Positions 15,679-25,336 of a stretch of 40,000 nt of DNA are shown here, piece by piece. The first letter of the stretch is position 1; each line of letters begins with the position of its first letter. Source of the stretch: Rhodovulum sp. DZ06 (GTDB lineage Bacteria; Pseudomonadota; Alphaproteobacteria; Rhodobacterales; Rhodobacteraceae). The stretch covers positions 5,362 to 45,361 of the forward strand of contig NZ_JBOCEF010000042.1 of the NCBI RefSeq assembly GCF_050586345.1. The letters run 5' to 3'. The position numbers were made by a program, and so were the translations under genes. The notes below the pieces were generated by a model. It ran no database searches and was not told the origin of the DNA. It saw only the letters and a program-made list of their open reading frames with translations.

Positions 15679-15942
15679 ATGCAGGACCATTTCGACGTCG
15701 CCGCCGATGACCGCTTCGTCGGCAAGCGCCCGCTGCCGCCGATCGAGTTCTACGACGAATCCGGCCCGGGCATCGTACATTTCGAGCTCGAACCCGCGTC
15801 CGAGGGGCTGACCATGCCGCGGGTCCTGTCCATCGCCGCGCCGGGGGTGGAGCTGGAGATGGATCACGGCACGCTCGAGCTGATGCACGTGGACCCGGCC
15901 ATCGCCCGCGGCGAGGCGCCCGAGGACCTGCTGTTCGGCTGA
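15679..15942 (+). CDS. hypothetical acidic protein (87 aa)
   Basis: GGGGAGGA lies 7 nt upstream of the ATG and GC3 is high. I recognise no family. Confidence 0.45.
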   Translation: MQDHFDVAADDRFVGKRPLPPIEFYDESGPGIVHFELEPASEGLTMPRVLSIAAPGVELEMDHGTLELMHVDPAIARGEAPEDLLFG

Positions 15943-16125
15943 GCCGCGCCCTTCCGGGGCCCGCGGGGGGACCCGGGAGGGACCCGGGGGCGGAGGCCGG
16001 CGGCCGCGCGCGCGTGGGGGCGCGCGGCCGCGGGTCCGGCGACCGACGACCGGCGATGCGCGCACGTGGGGGCGCGGGACGCCGGATGCCGGCCCCGGGG
16101 GGAGAGGGCGTGCGGGGGCGCGCCC

Positions 16126-16821
16126 TCACTCCGCCGCGGGACGGCAGGCGGCGCCGATCAGCCGCTCCGCCCCCGGGTCGTGCCAGCGCAGCAGAAGGCG
16201 GCGCGGCTGGCTGCGGCGGTGCAGCCCGCCCCGCGCGCCCGGCGGGCTTTCATCGACCAGCGCGCGGGCGGCCTCCGCGGCGATCCGCTCGGAGAGGGTC
16301 GGGCGCGGCGCGGCGGGGGGCGCGGGGATCTCCCGCTCGCCCGGGCGCAGCAGGTCGGCGGCGCTGCGCGCGAAGGCCGGGCCGCCGGTCCAGTCGAAGG
16401 CGACGAGGTGCAGCACCCCGCCCGGCAGCCGCCAGGCCGCCGCCCGCACCCGGTCCCGCGGCGCGTCGCACAGAAGCCCGGGCGGGCCATGCGCCCCGGT
16501 CAGGGCGGCGAGGACCGCCTGCGCGTCGCCCGGCGTCGCGTCGGGGCCGCGCCGCTCCATCAACACCTGGCGCAGGCCGCCCGCGTCGAATTGCCAGAGG
16601 GCGCGGAAGACGCGGCCGGCGACGCGCTCCTCGCCCATCAGCCGGGCGGTGAGGCCGCCGCCATAGCCGAGCGCGATCTCCTGCGCCTGGCCCGCCACGG
16701 CGCGGGCCTGTTCAGGGGCGGCGTCCCAGCGCGCGGCGCGCCAGTCGGCGGCGGCGGGCGGGGCGGGCAGGGCGCAGAGCGCGCAGGCCAGCAGGGCGGC
16801 GAGGGGGCGGAGCGGGGACAT
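16126..16821 (-). CDS. hypothetical secreted protein
   Basis: The ATG at 16821 gives MSPLRPLAALLACALCALPAPPAAADW..., a signal peptide. The upstream part of the track ORF (to 17064) is translation of the tandem repeat. Confidence 0.55.
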   Translation of the reverse strand: MSPLRPLAALLACALCALPAPPAAADWRAARWDAAPEQARAVAGQAQEIALGYGGGLTARLMGEERVAGRVFRALWQFDAGGLRQVLMERRGPDATPGDAQAVLAALTGAHGPPGLLCDAPRDRVRAAAWRLPGGVLHLVAFDWTGGPAFARSAADLLRPGEREIPAPPAAPRPTLSERIAAEAARALVDESPPGARGGLHRRSQPRRLLLRWHDPGAERLIGAACRPAAE

Positions 16822-16888
16822 GCCGCCCGAGATGGCGTCCCGGCCGGGATCGGTCAATCCGCGCGGGACGCCGTGCCGCGCGCGGGCC

Positions 16889-17041
16889 GCGCGACCCATG
16901 CCGCGCGCGCCAGCGCACGACCCAGGCCGCGTGCGCCTGCGCACGACCCAGGCCGCGTGCGCCTGCGCACGGCCCATGCCGCGCGCGCCTGCGCACGACC
17001 CATGCCGCGTGCGGGCCGCACGACCATGCCGCGCGCGGGCC
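16889..17041. repeat. tandem array of about 6 copies of a 24-27 bp palindromic unit
   Basis: The unit is gcgcacgacccaggccgcgtgcgcct, identical at 16913-16938 and 16939-16964, with variants on either side. Each unit contains the inverted arms GCGCACG/CGTGCGC. Confidence 0.85.
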
Positions 17042-17213
17042 GCGCGTCCCCGCCGCGCCGCCATCCCGCCCGGTCGACCCGCGCGGCCGGGCGGACGCCC
17101 CCGCCGCGGCGCATCTCCACCTTTCGCAGCCCTTTCCCCGGGCCCCGTCCCGCCCCATAGTCACCCTGTCCCATCGTCCCCGTCGCCTCATCCGCGCCGA
17201 AGGAGCCGTGCCC

Positions 17214-18253
<1,040 letters not shown>

Positions 18254-18257
<4 letters not shown>

Positions 18258-19900
18258 TCTTCGGACCCACCCGCCTCCGGGATGCCGGGGGCGCGATCCT
18301 CGCCCATTCCCTCACCGCCGGGACGCGCAAGCTCAAGAAGGGCCTGCGCCTGGGCCCGGAGGAGATCGCCGCGCTCGAGGCCGCGGGGTTCGTCGAGATC
18401 ATCGCCGCGCGTCTCGGCGACGACGACGTGCACGAGGACGAGGCCGCGCAGGTTGTGGGCCGCGCCTTCGCCCCGGCGCCCGAGGCGGCTTGCCTGTCGA
18501 TGTCGGCGCCCTTCACGGGGCGGCTGAACCTCTACGCCCTGACCGGGGGCGTGCTGGAGGTGGACGCGGAGGCGGTGAACGCCGTCAACGCGCTGCACGA
18601 GGCGATCACCATCGCGACGCTTCCCGACAAGGCCCGGATGCGGCCGCGGCAGATGGCGGCGACGGTGAAGATCATCCCCTACGCGGCCCCCCGCGCGGCG
18701 GTCGAGGACGCCTGCGCGATCCTTTCGGCCGCCGCCCGCCCGATCCGCCTACGCCCGCCGCGGCTGCGGCGCGCGGGGCTGATCCTGACCGAGACCCCGG
18801 GCCTGAAGCCATCCCTGCTGGAGAAGGGCGAGGAGGCCGTGCGCGCCCGCCTGACCGCGCTGGGGGTCGAGCTGTCGCAGGTCGTGCGCGTGCCCCATGC
18901 CGCCGCCCCGCTGGCCCGCGCGCTGCGCGATCTGCCCGGGGATGTCGCGCTGATCCTCGGCGGCTCGGCCACGTCGGACAGGCGCGATGTCGGCCCCGGC
19001 GCGGTCGAGGCCGCGGGCGGCACGGTGGACCGTTTCGGGATGCCGGTGGATCCCGGCAACCTGATGTTCCTCGGGACCCTGCCGGGCGAGGCGGGGGCCG
19101 CGCGGCCCGTCGTCGGCCTGCCGGGCTGCGTGCGCTCGCCCGCGCTCAACGGCGTCGACTGGGTGCTGGAGCGGCTGGTCTGCGGGATCGAGATCAGCGC
19201 CTCCGACATCGCCGGGATGGGCGTCGGGGGCCTCTTGAAGGAGATCCCCTCGCGCCCCCAGCCCCGCTCGGGCGGCGCCGCGGCGCCGGAGCGCCCGCAG
19301 GCGGCGGCGATCCTGCTCGCCGCCGGGGCCTCGCGCCGCATGGGCGGGCGCGACAAGCTGGTCGAGGACGTGGCCGGGGAGCCCGCCCTGCGCCGGGCCG
19401 CGCGCGCGCTGCTGCAATCGGGGGTGGACGGCGTCTGGGCCGTGCTGCGCCCCGGCGATGCGCGCCGCCGCAAGGCGCTGGAGGGGCTGCCGGTGAAGAT
19501 CGTGGAGAACCCCGAGGCGTCCGAGGGCATGGCGTCCTCGATCCGCGCGGGCCTTGCGGCGCTGGGCCCCGAGATGGACGCCGCGGTGGTGGCGCTGGCG
19601 GACATGCCCGAGGTGGGGGCCGAGCACGTGGATCGGCTGCTCGCGGCCTTCGATCCGGGAGAGGGGCGGGCGATCTGCCGGGCGGTGGATTCCGAGGGCC
19701 GCCCGGGCCACCCGGTGCTGTTCGGGCGGCGGTTCTTCGAGAGCCTCTCGCGCCTGTCGGGGGATGAGGGCGCGCGGGACATCCTGCGCGCGAACGAGGA
19801 GTTCGTGACCGACGTGCCGACCCCGGGCCGGGCGGCGCGGCTCGACCTCGACACCCCCGAGGCCTGGGCGGCCTGGCGGGCGGAACTGGCGGGACGCTGA
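18254..19900 (+). CDS. fusion protein: molybdopterin-binding (MoCF_BD) domain plus MobA/MocA-like nucleotidyltransferase
   Basis: The middle region reads ILGGSATSDRRDV...GMPVDPGNLMF.G. The C-terminal region reads AILLAAGASRRMGGRDKL ... ADMPEV (MobA-like NTP transferase). The GTG start overlaps the xdhC stop (GTGA). Confidence 0.8.
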
Positions 19901-19963
19901 CAATTCGCGCAAGATGCCGGGGCGCCCGTTGGGGCGTTCCGTGAAGTTCTTTGGGGAATTACC

Positions 19964-20383
19964 ATGAGAAACAGTTTTCTCGGGGCGATGCTGGTCTGCC
20001 TCGCGCCCATGCTCGCGCCCGTCCACGCGCAGGCGGGCCCGCTGCGGGGCGCGGACCTCTTCGACGCCTGCAAGCCCGGCGCCTCGCCGGTCGAGTCGGC
20101 CAGTTGCGACGCCTATATCCTCGGCGCGATCGAGGGGATCGGCTTCGGCGGCCTGATCCTGCTCTATCGCGGCGGCGCGGTGAAGGAAGGCGAGGATGCC
20201 GGGGCCGTGCTGCGCCAGGCGGTCGGGTTCTGCACCCCCGATGGCGTCACCCAGGAAGGGACCCGCCAGCTGGTGATCGACTACCTCGCCGCGAACTCCG
20301 ACGCCCATGGCGAAGAGGCGCGGGTGCTGGTCTGGAAGGCGCTGGTCGACAGCTATCCCTGCCTGGGGCAGGACGGGGACTGA
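19964..20383 (+). CDS. Rap1a/Tai4-family-like periplasmic protein (putative T6SS amidase-effector immunity protein)
   Basis: The signal peptide is MRNSFLGAMLVCLAPMLAPVHAQA. After it come C..C.AYILGAIEG, FCTPDGVTQEGTRQLVIDYLAANSD and a C-terminal YPC. Cysteine spacing and layout are as I recall for Rap1a/Tai4 family proteins. Confidence 0.6.
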   Translation: MRNSFLGAMLVCLAPMLAPVHAQAGPLRGADLFDACKPGASPVESASCDAYILGAIEGIGFGGLILLYRGGAVKEGEDAGAVLRQAVGFCTPDGVTQEGTRQLVIDYLAANSDAHGEEARVLVWKALVDSYPCLGQDGD

Positions 20384-20629
20384 TCCGGGCCGGGCGGGCG
20401 CCGGTCCGGCCGGGTCCGCCGGCGCGGCGCGATCGGCGCGCCGCGGCTGGGCCTGCGCCCCCGCGGCGCTGTCCCGCCCGCCTTGCCGGTTGCCTCGCCC
20501 GCCCGCGGCGGCGAGAATGCCCGCAGGGGCCAGGCCGCCCGCGGCGGCCCTCCGCCGCCCCGCGCGCCCGCCCCTGCGCCGCCGCCCCGACCGCTGCGCA
20601 AGGCGGGGGCGCAGCGCGGCCCTGCGCGC

Positions 20630-20663
20630 TTGATTGATCGCTCAATCAACAGGCGTCTTGACA
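20630..20663 (+). promoter_or_regulatory. perfect 20-bp palindrome (operator-like) immediately upstream of a consensus -35 hexamer
   Basis: TTGATTGA-TCGC-TCAATCAA at 20630-20649, then TTGACA at 20658-20663. It lies about 115-145 bp upstream of the TSUP exporter gene. It is an AT-rich island in otherwise over-75% GC spacer. Confidence 0.45.
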
Positions 20664-20775
20664 CCGCCCCCCCGCCGGGCCGAGTCTGGGACGGCCCCGC
20701 CGGACCTGCCGGCGACGGGCCGCCCCGGCGCCGCCGCCCGCGCGGCGCGCCGGGCCCTGCGCATCACGAGGGCCC

Positions 20776-21693
20776 ATGCAGATCTACCTGCCCATCGCCG
20801 AGGTGTCGGTGAACGCGTTTCTCCTCCTCGGGCTGGGCGGGGTGATCGGGTTGTTATCCGGCCTGTTCGGCGTGGGCGGCGGCTTCCTGATGACGCCCTT
20901 GCTGATCTTCATCGGCATTCCCCACGCGGTCGCGGTGGCGACGGGGGCGACGCAGATCGTCGGCTCCTCGGCCTCGGGGGTGCTGGCGCACCTGAGGCGC
21001 AAGACCGTGGACATCCCGATGGGGCTGGTGCTGCTGGCGGGGGGCGTGCTGGGCTCGTTCCTCGGGGTGCAGCTGTTCTCGATCCTCAGCGCCATGGGGC
21101 AGGTGGAGCTGATGGTCAGCCTCGCCTACGTGCTGTTCCTCGGGGTCATCGGCGCGCTGATGTTCATCGAGAGCCTCGCGGCCCTGCGCCGGGCGCGCTC
21201 GGGGCGGATGCCGCGGCGCAAGCGCAAGCGGCACAACTGGGTGCACGGGCTGCCGCTGCGGATGCGGTTCCGGGCCTCGAACCTCTATATCTCGGCGATC
21301 CCGCCCTTCGGCGTGGGGCTGATGGTGGGCGTGCTGGCGGCGATCATGGGCGTGGGCGGCGGCTTCGTGATGGTGCCGGCGATGATCTACATCCTCGGGA
21401 TGCCGACCGCGGTGGTGGTCGGCACCTCGCTGTTCCAGATCCTGTTCGTCACCGCCGTCACCACCATGCTGCACGCGACCGAGAACTACACCGTGGACGT
21501 CGCCCTCGCGGTCCTGCTGCTGATCGGCGGCGTGATCGGGGCGCAGTTCGGCGCCCGCCTCGGGATGCGGCTGAAGGCCGAGCAGATGCGCTTCGCCCTC
21601 GCCGCGCTGGTGCTGCTGGTCTGCCTGAAGCTGGCCTGGGACCTGGTGGCCACGCCCGAGGAGCTTTATTCCATCGCCAGGAGCGGGGCATGA
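20776..21693 (+). CDS. TSUP-family (TauE/SafE) anion exporter
   Basis: A multi-TM protein with the repeated GVGGGFLMTP / GVGGGFVMVP motifs. Confidence 0.85.
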   Translation: MQIYLPIAEVSVNAFLLLGLGGVIGLLSGLFGVGGGFLMTPLLIFIGIPHAVAVATGATQIVGSSASGVLAHLRRKTVDIPMGLVLLAGGVLGSFLGVQLFSILSAMGQVELMVSLAYVLFLGVIGALMFIESLAALRRARSGRMPRRKRKRHNWVHGLPLRMRFRASNLYISAIPPFGVGLMVGVLAAIMGVGGGFVMVPAMIYILGMPTAVVVGTSLFQILFVTAVTTMLHATENYTVDVALAVLLLIGGVIGAQFGARLGMRLKAEQMRFALAALVLLVCLKLAWDLVATPEELYSIARSGA

Positions 21694-22658
21694 GGGCGCC
21701 GGCGGCGGGGCTCGCCGCGATCCTGGTGGCGCTGGCCGGCGCGGGCGCGGCGCAGGACGGCGAAGGCGCCGGGGCGGAGGCGCGCAAGGCGCTGGACGCC
21801 GCCGCCGGGGCGCTGGAGGCGCCGCTCGACGCCGCGCGCGACGCGGCCGGGGCCGCGGCGGACGCGGCGCGCGAGGCGCTGCCCCTCGCCCAGCCCCCCG
21901 GCGTCGCGGCGCAGGAGGCGGAGGCGCAGGCCGACCCGCTGGATGCCGAGGGCGCCGGGCGCAGCATCGTCGCCGCCCTGTCGCAGAACCGCGTCTCGAT
22001 CACCGCGGATTTCTCCGGCTCGCAGATCTTCGTCTTCGGCGCCGTCAAGCGCACGGCGCCCTCGGACGAGCCGCTGCAGGTGATCGTCACCATCGCCGGC
22101 CCCTCGGCCCCCGAACTGGTGCGGCGCAAGGACCGGGTGGCGGGCGTCTGGGCCAATACCGACGAGGTGCTGATCGACGAGGCCCCGAGCTTCTACGCCG
22201 TCGCCTCCTCGCACCCGGTGGAGGAGATCCTGAGCTTCCGCGAGGACCTCAAGCACCGGATCGGCATCAACCAGCTGGTCAGCCTGCTGTACCTGCCCGA
22301 GGGCGTGGCGGAGCCCGAGAGCTTCCGCGAGGCGGTGATCCGCATCCGCCGGAACGAGGGGCTTTACGTGGAGCTTCCGCGCGCGGTGGAGGTGGTGGAG
22401 GACACGCTGTTCGCGGTCGACGTGAACCTGCCCGCCAACCTGGTCGAGGGCGATTACCGCGCCCGGGTGTTCCTGCTCGGCGAGCAGGAGGTGCAGGACG
22501 TGTTCGAGACCGACATCGCCGTGCGCAAGGTGGGGCTGGAGCGGTGGCTCTATGCGCTGAGCCGCGAGAGCCCGGCGGCCTACGGCCTGCTGTCGATCTT
22601 CATCGCGCTGACCGCGGGCTGGGGCGCGTCCGAGGTGTTCCGGCTGATGCGCCGCTGA
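21690..22658 (+). CDS. TIGR02186-type conserved alphaproteobacterial membrane protein
   Basis: It has a signal peptide and a C-terminal TM (AAYGLLSIFIALTAGWGASEVF), and is ATGA-coupled to the TSUP gene. This gene pair is a recurrent alphaproteobacterial arrangement. Confidence 0.65.
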   Translation: MRAPAAGLAAILVALAGAGAAQDGEGAGAEARKALDAAAGALEAPLDAARDAAGAAADAAREALPLAQPPGVAAQEAEAQADPLDAEGAGRSIVAALSQNRVSITADFSGSQIFVFGAVKRTAPSDEPLQVIVTIAGPSAPELVRRKDRVAGVWANTDEVLIDEAPSFYAVASSHPVEEILSFREDLKHRIGINQLVSLLYLPEGVAEPESFREAVIRIRRNEGLYVELPRAVEVVEDTLFAVDVNLPANLVEGDYRARVFLLGEQEVQDVFETDIAVRKVGLERWLYALSRESPAAYGLLSIFIALTAGWGASEVFRLMRR

Positions 22659-22742
22659 GGGGGGTGCGGACGGGGCCGCGAATGGGGCGGGGGGCATCCC
22701 CCGGCCCCCTTTCGCCGCGGCCCTTCACCCTTGCGCGCCTTG

Positions 22743-23450
22743 TCAGCGCGCCTTCTGGCCGAACAGCACCTTCTGCGCCTCCTTGTCCTGGTCGGCGCCC
22801 TTGCGCAGCTCCTTGTGCAGGGCCCGGCCCTTCTGCACCGCCGGGCGCGCATAGACGCGGTCGAGCCAGGCCGCCATGTGCGGGAACTGGCCGAGGTCCT
22901 GCTCCTGCCGCGCCCAGAGGCAGGCCCAGGGCCAGATCGCCATGTCGGCGATGGAATAGTCCCCGGCCACGAATTCCCGGTCCGCCAGCCGCTTGTCGAG
23001 CACGCCGTAGAGGCGGTTCACCTCGCCCCGGTAGCGGTCCTTGGCATAGGGAATGTCGTTCGACGGCTCCATCGCCGGGGCGTAGTGCAGGAAGTGATGC
23101 GCCTGTCCGGCCATGGGGCCGAGGCCGCCCATCTGCCACATCAGCCACTGGTCGACCTCGATCCGCGCGCGCTCGGTCGCGCCGCAGAAGCGCCCGGTCT
23201 TGCGGGCGAGATATTGCAGGATCGCCCCGGATTCGAAGAGCGAGACCGGTTCGCCGTCCGGGCCCTCCGGGTCGGTGATCGCGGGCATCCGGTTGTTGGG
23301 CGAGATCGCGAGGAAGGCGGGCTCGAACTGCTCGCCCCGGCCGATATTCACCAGCTTCGTCTCGTAGGGCAGCCCGAACTCCTCGAGCGCGATGGAGATC
23401 TTCCAGCCGTTCGGCGTGGGCCAGTAATAGAGCGTGATGGGCGCCTGCAT
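22743..23450 (-). CDS. glutathione S-transferase, Nu-class (YfcG/YghU-like)
   Basis: ITLYYWPTPNGWKISIALEEFGLPYE...GEQFEPAFLAISPNNRMPAI...SLFESGAILQYLARKTG closely parallels E. coli YfcG. GGAGG lies 5 nt before the ATG. Confidence 0.85.
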   Translation of the reverse strand: MQAPITLYYWPTPNGWKISIALEEFGLPYETKLVNIGRGEQFEPAFLAISPNNRMPAITDPEGPDGEPVSLFESGAILQYLARKTGRFCGATERARIEVDQWLMWQMGGLGPMAGQAHHFLHYAPAMEPSNDIPYAKDRYRGEVNRLYGVLDKRLADREFVAGDYSIADMAIWPWACLWARQEQDLGQFPHMAAWLDRVYARPAVQKGRALHKELRKGADQDKEAQKVLFGQKAR

Positions 23451-23702
23451 GGGGACCTCCGGCGGCGATTGCGGGAGGCGGCAGGGTGGACCGGCGCGGG
23501 CGGCCGGGCAAGGGGCGGCGGCCTCGCGCGGCGGTGAGGGGGAGGCGAGGAGGGCGTGGCGGCCGGGCTTGGGGGGCGCAAGGCCCCCGCGCCGCCCGGC
23601 CGCGCCGCGCCGGGCAGGCGGCGCGCAGGGGGGCGGGCCGGGGCGCGGGGCGCGGCAGGCCCGGCGGCGACCTGCGCCCGGGGCCGCGCCCCGGGCCGCG
23701 CC

Positions 23703-25010
23703 TCAGGCGGTGGCGTCGCCCCAGTCCTCCTCGGCCCCCGTCGCGTCCCCGGCCGGGCGGCGGCGCGCGGCGGCGGCATAGGCGGCCCAGCGGGGGGCGA
23801 CCGTTTCCGGCGCCCCCGCGCGGCGCAGCGCCTCGGGCGCCCAGGCCGCGCCGCCGCGCAGCATCGCGGCCCAGAGCGCCAGCGCCCCCGGCCGCTCGTA
23901 GAACCCCCAGTGGCACAGCAGCCGCGGCGCGGGGCCGAGCGCGTGGCCGCGGGCGGCCAGCCAGGCCTCCTGCGCCGGACCGTCGAGCTGCAGGTCGATC
24001 CAGTCCGCCCGCCGCTCGCCCAGCCCGGCGCGGCCCAGCGCGGCGCGGGCGCCGCCGCGCCCGGCGGGGGCGGCGGCCTCGAACAACAGGTCGAACAGGT
24101 CGTTCCGGCGGGAGATGACGTTGATCACCTCGGGGCCGCCGCCCTGTCCGGCGGGACGGGGCGGGGGCATCAGCCGCCGGGCCTCCTCGGCATGGACCGC
24201 GGCGCCGAGCAGGATCGCCCGCCCGGCCCCCGGGGCGCGCAGCGCGTGCAGCGCCACCCGCGCGCCCAGCGAATGGGCGAGCAGGTTGACCCGCAGGTCG
24301 GGGCGGGCGTCGTGCACCGCCTCGATCAGCGCGCCGAGCTGCGCCCCCGCGCCCTCGGCCCGCCGCCAGGCCCGCGCGAAGCCAAGGTCGGGCGCCGCGC
24401 GCAGGGCGGCCCCGGCGAGGTGGCGCAGCCCCGCGCGCAGGCCCCCGGGCCGGTCCGGCGCCGCGGGGCCGGGGGGAAAAATGCGCCCCGCCGGATCGGC
24501 GGGGCGCGGGGGGGCGCAACGGGGATGCTCGGCGGTGGGAAGGCCCGTGTCGGGAAGGCCCGTGTGGGGGCGTCCCGTGTCGGGGAGTCCCGGATCGGGA
24601 AGGCCCAGGTCGGGGCGGTCCATGTCGCGAAGGCCCACGTCGGGAAGTCCCGGCGCGGCGGGGGCGCCGCGCCCGCGCGCGTCCCAGCCGAAGGCGATGC
24701 ACAGCCCCGCGCGGGGGTCCGCCGCCCCGTGGCCCAGCCCCGCGGGCCAGCCGCGCGGGTCGGCGGGGTGGAACAGGCCGGCATGGGGATCGTTGTCGGG
24801 GGAGTCGGGGTCGAAGCGGAACCCGTGCACCAGCGCCGTGACCGGGGCGCCGCGCGGCAGCTCCGCCAGCGCCCGCGCCACGCCCTCGGCCGCGTCGGCG
24901 CCGTGCAGCTCCGGGCCGGGGCAGGCCGCCCGCGCGCCGCCCGCGCCCCCGGCGCAGGATGCGCGCAGGGCCAGGCCGCCGGGTCTCGCCGTCACGTGGA
25001 TCATGGTCAT
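23703..25010 (-). CDS. alpha/beta hydrolase (DUF900-like) with an internal pentapeptide-repeat insertion
   Basis: VTALVHGFRFDPD and the nucleophile elbow LLAHSLGARVAL are present. The overlapping alternative frame (track ORF 22600..25017) is Arg/Pro/Gly-rich junk. Confidence 0.6.
   Translation of the reverse strand: MTMIHVTARPGGLALRASCAGGAGGARAACPGPELHGADAAEGVARALAELPRGAPVTALVHGFRFDPDSPDNDPHAGLFHPADPRGWPAGLGHGAADPRAGLCIAFGWDARGRGAPAAPGLPDVGLRDMDRPDLGLPDPGLPDTGRPHTGLPDTGLPTAEHPRCAPPRPADPAGRIFPPGPAAPDRPGGLRAGLRHLAGAALRAAPDLGFARAWRRAEGAGAQLGALIEAVHDARPDLRVNLLAHSLGARVALHALRAPGAGRAILLGAAVHAEEARRLMPPPRPAGQGGGPEVINVISRRNDLFDLLFEAAAPAGRGGARAALGRAGLGERRADWIDLQLDGPAQEAWLAARGHALGPAPRLLCHWGFYERPGALALWAAMLRGGAAWAPEALRRAGAPETVAPRWAAYAAAARRRPAGDATGAEEDWGDATA
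24538..24657. repeat. 15-bp x 8 imperfect tandem repeat, in frame within the hydrolase ORF
   Basis: The units gggaaggcccgtgtc / gggaaggcccgtgtg / ggggcgtcccgtgtc / ... encode ...GLPDVGLRDMDRPDLGLPDPGLPDTGRPHTGLPDTGLPT. Confidence 0.85.
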
Positions 25011-25167
25011 GGACCACGCACCCCCTGGGATCAGGCGCGGCCCCCGGCTGTCCGAGAACCGCTGCTACGACGCTCGAATGCCTGCATTTGACGACAGACT
25101 GGTTTCAACAAGGTGAAAATTCGACGGATATCCCGCCAAAACCCTGTGAAACCCCGGGAATCTCCCG

Positions 25168-25196
25168 TTGACGGGGATCGCGCGCGGGCCTAGACC
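25168..25196 (+). promoter_or_regulatory. candidate sigma70-type promoter for the metZ leader
   Basis: TTGACG (25168-25173), N17, TAGACC (25191-25196). The predicted start would fall at the 5' edge of the riboswitch-like element. The -10 hexamer is weak. Confidence 0.35.
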
Positions 25197-25199
25197 CGC

Positions 25200-25258
25200 G
25201 GCCGTGGCGATTTGTGACCGGATTGCGGGCCACGGTAAACATGCCGCTAAAAGGTCGG
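25200..25258 (+). promoter_or_regulatory. SAM-II (SAM_alpha/metA-type) riboswitch candidate
   Basis: GUGGCGAUUUGUGACCGGAUUGCGGGCCACGGUAAACAUGCCGCUAAAAGG. It has a GUGGC/GCCAC stem, the conserved CGAUUU and the 3' GCUAAAA tail expected for the pseudoknot. It is located in the metZ leader, the classic alphaproteobacterial context. Confidence 0.65.
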
Positions 25259-25336
25259 GTCGACGGGCAGGCGCCCGGTTCCTTCCCGATCTCACGGTCG
25301 GGACCAGAGCCGAGGAGCGGGGGCGCGCCCCCCGAT

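Noticed and set aside
16889-17041. Tandem repeats as a CRISPR array.
   Set aside because: The units are contiguous with no unique spacers, are only about 26 bp long, and no cas genes are nearby.
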